Source: Dehalococcoidia bacterium (GTDB lineage Bacteria > Chloroflexota > Dehalococcoidia > Lucifugimonadales > UBA3495). From it: a stretch of DNA of 64,000 bases. Below are positions 10,501 through 17,509 of this stretch, in pieces; the first letter of the stretch is position 1, and each line of letters opens with the position of its first letter. The notes beneath the pieces are model-generated. The model was not told where the DNA came from, made no database searches, and saw only the letters and a list, made by a program, of their open reading frames with translations. A program made the translations under genes and the position numbers. Where the stretch lies: assembly GCA_963692995.1 (NCBI GenBank), contig OY843611.1, positions 1,126,748 to 1,190,747 of the forward strand. The letters are read 5' to 3'.

Positions 10501-11270
10501 AGCTGGGTGTGCAGGGGATAGCGGAGCAAATCGACGGGCTGGCCGAGGAAGGGGAAGTCTTCCAGGGGGCCTTCGGCGAACTTTCGCAGGGTGCGGGCGG
10601 TGTAGAAATCCCGCTGTTCGGGGTGGTTGAGGGCGGTTTTGCGCTGGCCCCAGAGGATGATCTGCCGGTATTGGTCGTATTCGGGGTCGGGAAAGCGGGC
10701 AACGCCGACGTTGTGGAAGTTGTTGGCGAGGGTAGTGGCGTCGCGGGCCAGCTGCTCGATGGGTATGACGTAGAGCAGCAGTCCGTCGGGGCGGAGCGCG
10801 GGCAGGCAGGCGCGGAGGAAGCGGCTTTCCAGGCGGTGGTCGCCGGTGTCGTGGTTGGCGGGGGCGTTGTCGGCGTCCCAGTCGTAGGGCGGGTTGAGCC
10901 AGAGGGCGTCGGCGCTTTCGGGCTGGAGGGCGACGTTTTCCAGGTCGGCCTGGAGGACGTGGTGGAGGTTATGGCGGGCGGCGGCGGCGCGCTCGCTATT
11001 GAGTTCCACGCCGTGGGTTACGACGCGGTGGGGGTAATTGGGGCAGGACCGGCTGATTTGGCGGGTGATGGCGTTGGCGAAGGCGGCGACGGCGTGTCCT
11101 TCGCCGCAGCAGGGGTCCAGGAGGTGGAATTCGGGAACGGGAGGCGGCTTTTGCGGGTCGAGGCTGCGGTGGTTCCCGGCGCAGCGGGCGAAGAGGGGCG
11201 GTTCCAGGAGTTTGATTACGGGCAGGGGGGTCGGGTAGTAACCGGATTTGGTCCAGCCTTGCGGTCGCAT
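7503..11270 (-). CDS. Fusion protein: N6-adenine-type DNA methyltransferase plus SF2 (SNF2/DEAH-like) helicase
   Basis: 1255 aa. MTase motifs DPCCGEG (motif I) and LNPPYDW (motif IV). Helicase motifs GSGKT, LILDEAHQYK, ETGIDL and QASARSNRISQ. CPRC...CPGC zinc ribbon. Ala/Asp-rich insert with a 27-bp tandem duplication at 8598-8651. Confidence 0.9.
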   Translation of the reverse strand: MRPQGWTKSGYYPTPLPVIKLLEPPLFARCAGNHRSLDPQKPPPVPEFHLLDPCCGEGHAVAAFANAITRQISRSCPNYPHRVVTHGVELNSERAAAARHNLHHVLQADLENVALQPESADALWLNPPYDWDADNAPANHDTGDHRLESRFLRACLPALRPDGLLLYVIPIEQLARDATTLANNFHNVGVARFPDPEYDQYRQIILWGQRKTALNHPEQRDFYTARTLRKFAEGPLEDFPFLGQPVDLLRYPLHTQLNAAFRSVPGQPRPIARRREYDPATLSRAAAAEGCWASGDTRAQLRPQGHSPPAPTLQPLNSGHTLQLLASGQLDNHPITDPQGELPPILLKGQIRKVAEITEIPHRKATETENFTNSIRYLNLANGQITTVDDGDPEALRDFLHAWRRPLKARMTDLFPPTVIPTEPRYRPIRERIARLKKPPIGKQGANAVALAAHLRKNRRGFIISQPGSGKTWMAVAAAAGADCARVIVILPRHIIPRWISEITDCNPQAKVRVIESIRQPSNRPAPDPSLRSAHGDLESALTLPAAPDAPLWLLLPQTTASLGWAVASVTRHVSAAGPHRLYRHERPDGSLQLAVARNFRGETCPRCWRVLTDDARWENAKNRRDARCPGCRLHLKAPTRPPGTRWRCPIGDYIAQKHPRWADLLILDEAHQYKSNASARGEVAGRLAQRSQRAIGLTGTFLGGCASSVFYLLQRLLPGFQRNFPWDQRSQFINQYGRYRTVWRSRPETDGGRTGAVSAARQQQSRKEEIPGFHPGLLNHILYCSVFTTLPELIQALPPDDPRRQLPPPEIIPTLVPLDDTPGTALAAPEAVAETAADAQAAAAIAQNRAADAQDAAEATAASDADAAAVATAVTDAAAAQAVTDAAAAQAIAEAADAAAEAHAQAHAEAAAAPAPNYSQRSAYQALEQALRDTVKQELNHGNAPTLATMLQELLTYPENCWQGTAPTSNSTGETIINLPPLPANHTYPKERELIRICQEEKDQNRKFIIYCTHTNTRSTVQRTQAILQQHHITTAYMDAARVKPEKRMQWFQDQARHHDGIIVNPKAVETGIDLLDYPTIIWQEIEYSMYTTDQASARSNRISQTQPIRIHYLAYAGTMQEQALRKVAQKSDASRAIYGELARNGLSMMNPAADKFSDIVENELYRELEQERRGQLAQSPTETLLEAELRELLNRNEPPDDPDEPLVSDPIKQAFQPQPIPTPTPTPAPRPRPAPLPAPTLERFPEPVQLALF

Positions 11271-11311
11271 AAGGGCGGTTCTCCTGGGGATGGGGTTTTA
11301 TTCGGCGGTGG

Positions 11312-11908
11312 CTGCGTAAATCAGGGCATTAGGTTCCAAATTGGGCCGGTTGGCGTGGGAGCGGTAGGTCCGGGCGGAGCAGCGATTGTTCGGGGGCGTC
11401 TGCGTAAATGTGGGCATCAGGTTCCGGGGGCGTTATGCTGAAAGGTGGGCGTCAGGTTCCAAATTGGAAAGATTGCACCCGGTGTGAAGTTTCCAATTTG
11501 GGGAGCGGTTGTTCGGGAGCGTCTGCGTAAATCAGGGCATTAGGTTCCGAGGGCGTTGTGCTGAAGCGTGGGCATTAGGTTCCAAAGGGCGGTACTTTAT
11601 TCGGGGATGTCTGCGTAAATGTGGGCATTAGGTTCCAGGGGGATGCCTGCTGAAGTGTGGGCATTAGGTTCCAAATTGGAAAGATTGCACCGGGGGCGAA
11701 GTTTCCGGTTTGGGGAGTAGTTGTTCGGGGGCGCGTGCGTAAATCAGGGCATCAGGTTCCGGGGGCGTTGTGCTGAAGTGTGGGCATCAGGTTCCAAAGG
11801 GCGGTATTTTGTTCGGGGATGTCTGCGTAAATAAGGGCATTAGGTTCCGGGGGGATGCCTGCGTAAGTGTGGGCATTAGGTTCCGGTTGAGTGTGGGCAT
11901 TAGTTTCC
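11312..11908. repeat. Iteron-like array: 12 copies of a ~24-26-bp motif ending GGGCAT(T/C)AGGTTCC, organised in a ~211-bp higher-order unit
   Basis: Copies start at 11312, 11400, 11436, 11523, 11559, 11611, 11647, 11735, 11771, 11823, 11858 and 11887. Two subtypes (GCGTAAAT.. and GCTGAAG..) alternate as dyads. Embedded inverted repeat CCAAATTGGAAA(11459-11470)/TTTCCAATTTGG(11490-11501). Confidence 0.9.
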
Positions 11909-12453
11909 AGTTGGAGATTGGCGGGTTTGAGGAGTTGGGGTTTGGCGCGGCGACGGGGCGGGAATTCGGGGATTGGCGGCGTTGGGTCCGGGGCCGGAGC
12001 GGGGTTGCGGCGCGCGGGCGGGCGGCTCTGGGCTTGCGGTGTCGCCGGGTTGGGCCGGGCCGGGCTGTTGCATCCGCTGGGCTGGGGCAGTCTCCGGCCT
12101 GGTTACGCGGGGCTACACTGCTGGGCCAGCCGCCGCGCCGCCCGCCTTTTCGGGGGGCGGCGGGCCAGGTCGGGCTGACCGGCGTAACGTAACCCCCGTA
12201 CCCCTCGTAACTCTCGTTGCCTCCTATATTGCGTAGGCCGATGTCGGGGTTTTCTCTCAGTTGGGTGGACGGGGGCGTTAGGGGCGGGGGCGATGTGGCG
12301 TGAGCCGCTTCGCCGGGAGGGGTTTCCCATCCGGCTCTACGGCGGTTCTTGGTGGCTTTGGCGCCCATGCTTGCGTAATAGGGGTGCGCGTTCTTTGATG
12401 GCAAAGAATGCGCGGGCATGGTCATCCCTGATTTCGTTGTTCAGATCTCGCCC

Positions 12454-12858
12454 CTAGAACGGTTTGTCGCCGTGTCGGTATGGTCTTTGTTCGTTGTATT
12501 CCATCTTGTCGTACAACGCTTGGCCGACGGGCAATTCCTCGTGGTGGGCAAAGTCCAGCAAGCGGATGATAGCGTCGGCGCATTCCAACGCCATTTCTCT
12601 GCAAGTTTCCTCACTCCATAGGTCATTTTTCTTTTCGGCATTTCGCGCAACTTCCATCATTTCGCACAACTCGCTAACTACCATCCCGACAACGTGCGGG
12701 ACGGTCAGTTCCGTATCGCGCCAACCTTTTTCGCAAGCAATGCGATTGCTGTGGTCAGCAATCTCGTCCAATGCGATAATCCATTCCGTTTTCGGACATT
12801 GTTTGTTCGTCGGTTCTTTCATAATCCTTGTCCATTCTCGCTCTTCGCACTTTCGCAT
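12454..12858 (-). CDS. MazG-like nucleoside triphosphate pyrophosphohydrolase (start 12858 or 12822)
   Basis: EIADHSNR...SELCEMMEV...ECADAIIRLLDFA pattern typical of small all-alpha MazG/NTP-PPase proteins. The gene sits in a visibly lower-GC patch. Confidence 0.7.
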   Translation of the reverse strand: MRKCEEREWTRIMKEPTNKQCPKTEWIIALDEIADHSNRIACEKGWRDTELTVPHVVGMVVSELCEMMEVARNAEKKNDLWSEETCREMALECADAIIRLLDFAHHEELPVGQALYDKMEYNEQRPYRHGDKPF

Positions 12859-12947
12859 TCACCGCGAACGGCGGATGTTGTGTCATTCCGTGAAATTGCG
12901 GATATTTTGGTGTAATAACGCCCCAGGGACTGCCCCCAGGGGGCTAA

Positions 12948-13214
12948 TCACTGCAATATGCAGGTGTCCATCGCGTCATCGTATGCGTCAGCAGCGGCTT
13001 GAGCGTCAGCAGCGGCTTGAGCGTCAGCAGCGTATGACTCCGCGCAGTAGGCGGCGCACTCGGCCGCATATGCGGCTTCGTCGTCGGCGGCGTACAGTTT
13101 GGATAGCCGGTCGGCGTGAGCGCGGGCAGCGACGGCGACGGCGCGGGCGTTGTCCGCCATTGCTGCCCAGTCGGGCGCCGGGTCCGGAGCCGGGTTGCGG
13201 TCGATGGCAGGCAT
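12948..13214 (-). CDS. Hypothetical Ala/Asp-rich small protein
   Basis: 88-aa ORF. AAGGAG RBS before ATG 13214. Confidence 0.45.
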   Translation of the reverse strand: MPAIDRNPAPDPAPDWAAMADNARAVAVAARAHADRLSKLYAADDEAAYAAECAAYCAESYAADAQAAADAQAAADAYDDAMDTCILQ

Positions 13215-13349
13215 TGTGTACTCCTTATCAAATCCCCTTTGCGGTTACACACCGCAGTAGCCTTCGCATTCGTTGATAAACCCGTTCACTTCTATCCGCT
13301 AGTGGGGCCAATCAGGGATGGAATGGGGAGTATCCGGGGGGGGGGGGCA

Positions 13350-13748
13350 TCATCCGATAGTCCGGCTGGCTACCAGGTCTTCCATCCGGCTGCGCCGGAC
13401 GTCACGGCTTCCGCCATCATCGCGCACTGCCAGCCCGGCTTTGGCAAGTTCCTCGCCGAGGGATTCCGTGTATCCCAGGATCTCAACCAGCGGACGGCCG
13501 TATGCGTCAGAGTCGCCGGCCGATCTGGCCCATAGCCCCCACTGGCTCCGGCACCAGTCCTTGACAAACTCGGTGGCTTCGTCTGCCATCGCCTTTTCTG
13601 CATCGCTGACGCCGCGGCGTTCCGGGGTGTCATACCCGTTTAGCCGCACGACGGTTCTTATGCTGACGTTGTAGCCGAGTTCAATTTGGCACTCATAGGT
13701 GTCGCCGCTCGCCACGCGGATGATTCTTGCCGGATTGGTTACGTCCAT
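13350..13748 (-). CDS. Staphylococcal-nuclease (SNase/thermonuclease)-like nuclease
   Basis: VRLNGYDTPE and DAYGRPLVEI resemble the SNase R-L-x-G-I-D-x-P-E and D-x-Y-G-R motifs. Confidence 0.7.
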   Translation of the reverse strand: MDVTNPARIIRVASGDTYECQIELGYNVSIRTVVRLNGYDTPERRGVSDAEKAMADEATEFVKDWCRSQWGLWARSAGDSDAYGRPLVEILGYTESLGEELAKAGLAVRDDGGSRDVRRSRMEDLVASRTIG

Positions 13749-13821
13749 TGCTGTTTCTCCTGTGATACGGGGGTTCGGCTGCGCCGGTGGGCCCTCCTCA
13801 GCCCTCTGGCGCCGGCCGTCC

Positions 13822-15423
13822 TCAGCCCTTCCGGCTGAGCGGCGTTCCGCTGCCCAGCCGGTCGCCGGTCTCCGCCGCTACCAGCCGGTTCGCCGCCCGC
13901 GCCAGCAACTTCTGCCGGGCGCTGAGAAACTCCGGGTAACGCGGGGTCTGCCACAACCTCGGGTCGGCCGGTATCAGGTGGCTCTCCAGCAGCCCCGGAT
14001 CGGACTGGGCCAGTTGGTTCAGGCACTCGGCGGGGGACTTGCCGGTCAATGACCGGGCCGTGCTGACGGTCAGGATCGTCGCGTTGCCGATGGCGTGGGG
14101 ATCGGCGTCGGCGCTTTTGCCGAAGGTTTGCCGCAATTCGTCGGCGGAAAAGATGCAATGCGTGGTCAGTTGCTCCGGCGCGTACCGTCGCAGAGGCAGC
14201 CGGGTCAGCCAGTCCCGGGTCGCCGGCCCTTTCAGCAGCGCGTGCCAGACGATGTAGTAGCTGCTGCGGTGATACAGTCCGAAGCGGAACTGTTCCGGCT
14301 CGGCGAAGGTCTTGCCCAGGCGGGCTTCCCGGCGGGCTTGCAGGGCCGCCCAGGGCGGGTCGCTGGCGTCGAGGGCGCGCAGATCAGCGTCCAACGCGCT
14401 GGCGTATCCGCTGCGGTAAGGGCCGCCGGCCACGGCGCGGAGCAGGTAGATCATTCCTTGTCGCCGGTCCGTGGGATCGCGGAAGGCGCCGTTCTGTTGG
14501 CTCAGGCGCCGGGCCAGCACGCTGAGGGGCGCGGTGGTCAGCGTCCGGGGATCGCTGAGGCCCAGCTCGGCGGTGATGGCGTCGGCAATGGCGGCGAAAG
14601 TCTGCTCGGCCTGGGCGAAGGCCAGGGCCAGTTGCCCCGGCGACGGGTCGGCCAGCGCCAGGCCGTGGGGCCGCAGCCGGCCGGTGTGAATGGCCGTCAT
14701 GGTGCGGATGATGGTGTCCTGGGTAATCACCCGTTCCAGTATGCCCTTGCGGTGCTGACGGATCAGCCGGCGGAACTCGGTCAGGGCGTCGGGCCAGCGG
14801 GCGGCGATCCAGGCCATGGCGATGTCGTTGCGGGTCAGGGGACGGCCGCTGGTGTTGATGCGCCGGAAGATTTCCAGCACGGCGGCGCTGTCCAGTTCCG
14901 GGTCGATTTCCTGCACGGGCAAGGCGCGGTCCCGGATGCTGTGGAGGCGGCTGAGCCGCAGCAGGCACTCGTCCTGTTGGGCGGCGAAGTCCCGGCTTGG
15001 GGCCGAGCGCTGGCGCCAGGCGGCCAGGGCGGCCCGGTCGTCGGTGAGGACGGCGGTTACGGGGAGCCAGCCGGGGCGGCGTTCCAGTTCGCCCGGTTTG
15101 GGGTAGCCGAAAATGTCGCGGAGGGGATCGAAGCACAGGTCGGTGGGCGGCGGGGCGGTTGCGTCGTCGTAGAAGGGCGGCGCGTGGCCCAGAGCGGCGG
15201 CGTAGATGCTGGCGAGGCGCTGCTGTCCGTCCACGATGAGGTATTGGGGGCCGCCCAGGGCGGGACGCTGCCGCCACAGGGTGATTATTCCGATGGGATA
15301 GCGCCGGTAGAGGGACTCGATCAGTTCCAGGGCCCGCTGGCGGGACCAGGCGTAGCCGCGCTGGAAGGGGGGCAAGCGGATGGAGCCGTCGTGCATTCCG
15401 GCGATGAGTTGGCTGATTTCCAT
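13822..15423 (-). CDS. GmrSD-family DUF262/DUF1524 nuclease (type IV restriction-like)
   Basis: N-terminus PPFQRGYAW...YPIGIITLW...LIVDGQQRL (DUF262). C-terminus THCIFS...IGNATILT...SLTGKSP (His-Me finger/DUF1524-like). GGAGG RBS. Confidence 0.85.
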   Translation of the reverse strand: MEISQLIAGMHDGSIRLPPFQRGYAWSRQRALELIESLYRRYPIGIITLWRQRPALGGPQYLIVDGQQRLASIYAAALGHAPPFYDDATAPPPTDLCFDPLRDIFGYPKPGELERRPGWLPVTAVLTDDRAALAAWRQRSAPSRDFAAQQDECLLRLSRLHSIRDRALPVQEIDPELDSAAVLEIFRRINTSGRPLTRNDIAMAWIAARWPDALTEFRRLIRQHRKGILERVITQDTIIRTMTAIHTGRLRPHGLALADPSPGQLALAFAQAEQTFAAIADAITAELGLSDPRTLTTAPLSVLARRLSQQNGAFRDPTDRRQGMIYLLRAVAGGPYRSGYASALDADLRALDASDPPWAALQARREARLGKTFAEPEQFRFGLYHRSSYYIVWHALLKGPATRDWLTRLPLRRYAPEQLTTHCIFSADELRQTFGKSADADPHAIGNATILTVSTARSLTGKSPAECLNQLAQSDPGLLESHLIPADPRLWQTPRYPEFLSARQKLLARAANRLVAAETGDRLGSGTPLSRKG

Positions 15424-15460
15424 GTTGGGGGCCTCCGGTTTCCGGCGGGCGGGTTGACGG

Positions 15461-16147
15461 TTATTCCGGCGCGGCGGCCAGTTCGCCGGCGGCCAGTCGC
15501 TGGCACAGCGCTTCTTGCAGTTCCGTCCAGTTCACGTGGGCTTGCCAGCCGTAGAGTTTGCCCGGCGCGGCCCGCCACGCGGAGAGGGGCGTCAGCCATT
15601 CCTGTTCGACGCAGTAGTCCCAGATGGCTTGATCCCACTGGGGCAGGGCGATCAAGCCCGTCTCCCGGCGCAGCCGTTCGCCCAGCAAGCGCGGGCCGTG
15701 TTCCGGCGCTTCGCTGAACAGCCAGCCGGAGTAGTTTTCGTCCGCCGCGGCGTCGGCGGGCGGGGTGAAGTTGGCGCGGGACGGCGCTTGCCCTGGGGGC
15801 ATTAGCAGCAGATGGTGTTGCCCCGGCAGCGCGGTCAAGGGCCGCTGCCAGCGTTGGGCGCGGGTTAGCGGCTGCAAGTTCAGGAAGGTTTTCCAGGGCG
15901 CCGCGCCGCCGCCGTCGGGGTAAAGGGTTCCGGTATGGCTGGGGCCGGCGGCTCCGAAGTGGCTGCGCAGGCTTTTGATGGTGGCGGTGGGGCCGATTAC
16001 GGAGAGGAAGGCCAGGTTTGAGCCGTCCAGCGCCCAGGCGTCGCAGAGGGCGCTGACGCCGGCCACGGCGAAGTTCCACGCGACGGCTGGCTCCCCCTGG
16101 GCAGTCTCGGCAGTTGCGGTGGCAGTTGCGTTCTCGTTCTCGTTCAC
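15461..16147 (-). CDS. Hypothetical protein (228 aa), operon partner
   Basis: GTG start overlaps the upstream stop as GTGA. No motif recognised. Confidence 0.6.
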   Translation of the reverse strand: MNENENATATATAETAQGEPAVAWNFAVAGVSALCDAWALDGSNLAFLSVIGPTATIKSLRSHFGAAGPSHTGTLYPDGGGAAPWKTFLNLQPLTRAQRWQRPLTALPGQHHLLLMPPGQAPSRANFTPPADAAADENYSGWLFSEAPEHGPRLLGERLRRETGLIALPQWDQAIWDYCVEQEWLTPLSAWRAAPGKLYGWQAHVNWTELQEALCQRLAAGELAAAPE

Positions 16148-16320
16148 CGGGCGGGCCTCCGCAGGGTCGCGGCCTTTTCCGTTGCGTCGCCGCCGAAGCG
16201 GGCCAGGCCCAGCTGGGTCAGCAGGTCCCGGGGCGCCGGGCTTTCGTTAATCAGCGGGACAATGGCGCGGCGGGGCGCCGTGGTCGCCGGGTGGTGGTGG
16301 GCGTTGCCAGGAAGTTTCAT
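16144..16320 (-). CDS. Small protein (58 aa), not in ORF track
   Basis: Hand translation gives MKLPGNAHHHPATTAPRRAIVPLINESPAPRDLLTQLGLARFGGDATEKAATLRRPAR. AAAGGAG RBS. Stop is coupled to the next start. Confidence 0.45.
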   Translation of the reverse strand: MKLPGNAHHHPATTAPRRAIVPLINESPAPRDLLTQLGLARFGGDATEKAATLRRPAR

Positions 16321-16372
16321 GTGAGTAGTCTCCTTTTCCGGCGCGGTGGCCGGGCAATCTGTCGGGTAGATG

Positions 16373-17509
16373 TCAGAAGGGCGGCGGGTCGGCTACGGCC
16401 GCGTCGTCGGCAGCGTTGGATGGGGGGATTACGGTGGCGCCGGCGTTCAGCAACGCCTGCCGCGCGTCGATGCTGGCGCAGTCCAGGTTGGACAAGTCCG
16501 CGCCTTGCAAGTTGGCGTTACGCAGGTTGGCGCCTCGCAAGTTGGCGTTACGCAGGTTGGCGCCTCGCAAGTTGGCGTCCCGCAAGTCCGCGTTATGCAA
16601 GTTGGCGCCTCGCAAGTCGGCCTGCCGCAAGTCGGCGTCGTCCAAGCGGGCGTAGCTCAGGTCGGCGTGGGCGGCGTCGGCCCGGCGCAGGTTGGCGCTC
16701 AGCAAATAAGCTCCGCGCAGGTCGGCCTTGGTCAGGTCGGCCTCAATGAGGGTAGCGTCGTTGAGCTGGGCGCCTCGGAGCAGGGCGTTGCGCAGGCTGG
16801 CGTTCTGCAAGTCGGCGTCGTTGAGGGTAGCGGCCCGCAGATTGGTCCGGGCCAGGCTGGCGTAGGTCAGGTCGGCGCGGTAGAGGATGGCCTTGCTCAG
16901 GTCGGCGCAGCTCAGGTTCGCGCTGGGGAGGTTGGCGTCGGTCAAGTTGGCGCAGTTCAGGTTGGCGTGGGGGAGTTTGGCGTCGGTGAAGTCGGCGCCG
17001 GTAAGGTCCGCGTCGGTCAAGTTGGCGGCGGCGAGGCGGGCGCTAGACATTTTGGCGTGAGCGAGGTCGGCGCCGGCCAGGTTGGCGTCGGTCAGGTCGG
17101 CGTCGGGCAAGTCGGCGCCGGCTAGTTTGGCGTGGGGGAGGTAGGCGTGGGAAAGGTCGGCGCCGGCGCCGTCGGCGCTGGCTAAGTCGGCGTTGGTGAG
17201 ATTGGCGCTGGTCAAGTCGGCGCCGGGCAATAGGGCGTCGGACAAGTCGGCGCCGGCCAGGTTGGTTCCGGTCAAGTTGGCGTAGGGCAGGTCGGCGCCG
17301 GCTAGTTTGGCGGCGGTCAAGTCGGCGCAGGTCAAGTCGGCGCCGGAGAGTTTGCCGCTGGTCAAGTCGGCATGGGACAAGTCGGCGCGGGTCAAGTCGG
17401 CGCCGGAGAGGTTGGCGTCGGTTAGGTCGGCGTCGGACCAGTCGGCGCCGTAGCGGTTGAGGTTGGTTAGGTTCGCAATCGCTTGGGCTGGCTCATTGGC
17501 GTTGTTCAT
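16373..17509 (-). CDS. Pentapeptide-repeat protein (378 aa)
   Basis: Almost the whole protein is consecutive A(D/N)LxX units. ATG 17509 preceded by AAGGAG. It overlaps the upstream gene by 17 nt. Confidence 0.9.
   Translation of the reverse strand: MNNANEPAQAIANLTNLNRYGADWSDADLTDANLSGADLTRADLSHADLTSGKLSGADLTCADLTAAKLAGADLPYANLTGTNLAGADLSDALLPGADLTSANLTNADLASADGAGADLSHAYLPHAKLAGADLPDADLTDANLAGADLAHAKMSSARLAAANLTDADLTGADFTDAKLPHANLNCANLTDANLPSANLSCADLSKAILYRADLTYASLARTNLRAATLNDADLQNASLRNALLRGAQLNDATLIEADLTKADLRGAYLLSANLRRADAAHADLSYARLDDADLRQADLRGANLHNADLRDANLRGANLRNANLRGANLRNANLQGADLSNLDCASIDARQALLNAGATVIPPSNAADDAAVADPPPF

Noticed and set aside
7611-11441. 1276-aa plus-strand ORF
   Set aside because: It is the antisense shadow of the methylase-helicase gene. 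It is Gly/Ala/Val-rich with no motifs, which is typical of open antisense frames in GC-rich DNA.
11312-11908. Possible CRISPR array
   Set aside because: The inter-repeat segments are themselves repeated (211-bp higher-order unit). Spacing is irregular (10-60 bp) and no cas genes are present. It is iteron-like, not CRISPR.
11787-12425. 212-aa minus-strand ORF over the repeat array
   Set aside because: Its peptide periodicity (NLMPTL...) simply mirrors the DNA repeats, the composition is Pro/Arg-rich, and there is no RBS.
14095-16079. Long ORFs 14095-15717 (+), 14384-15277 (-) and 15321-16079 (-)
   Set aside because: These are alternative frames or antisense of the DUF262/DUF1524 gene and its upstream neighbour. 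They are Arg/Pro/Gly-rich with no motifs.
16370-17125. Plus-strand 251-aa ORF with GVxQVG repeats
   Set aside because: Antisense image of the pentapeptide-repeat gene.
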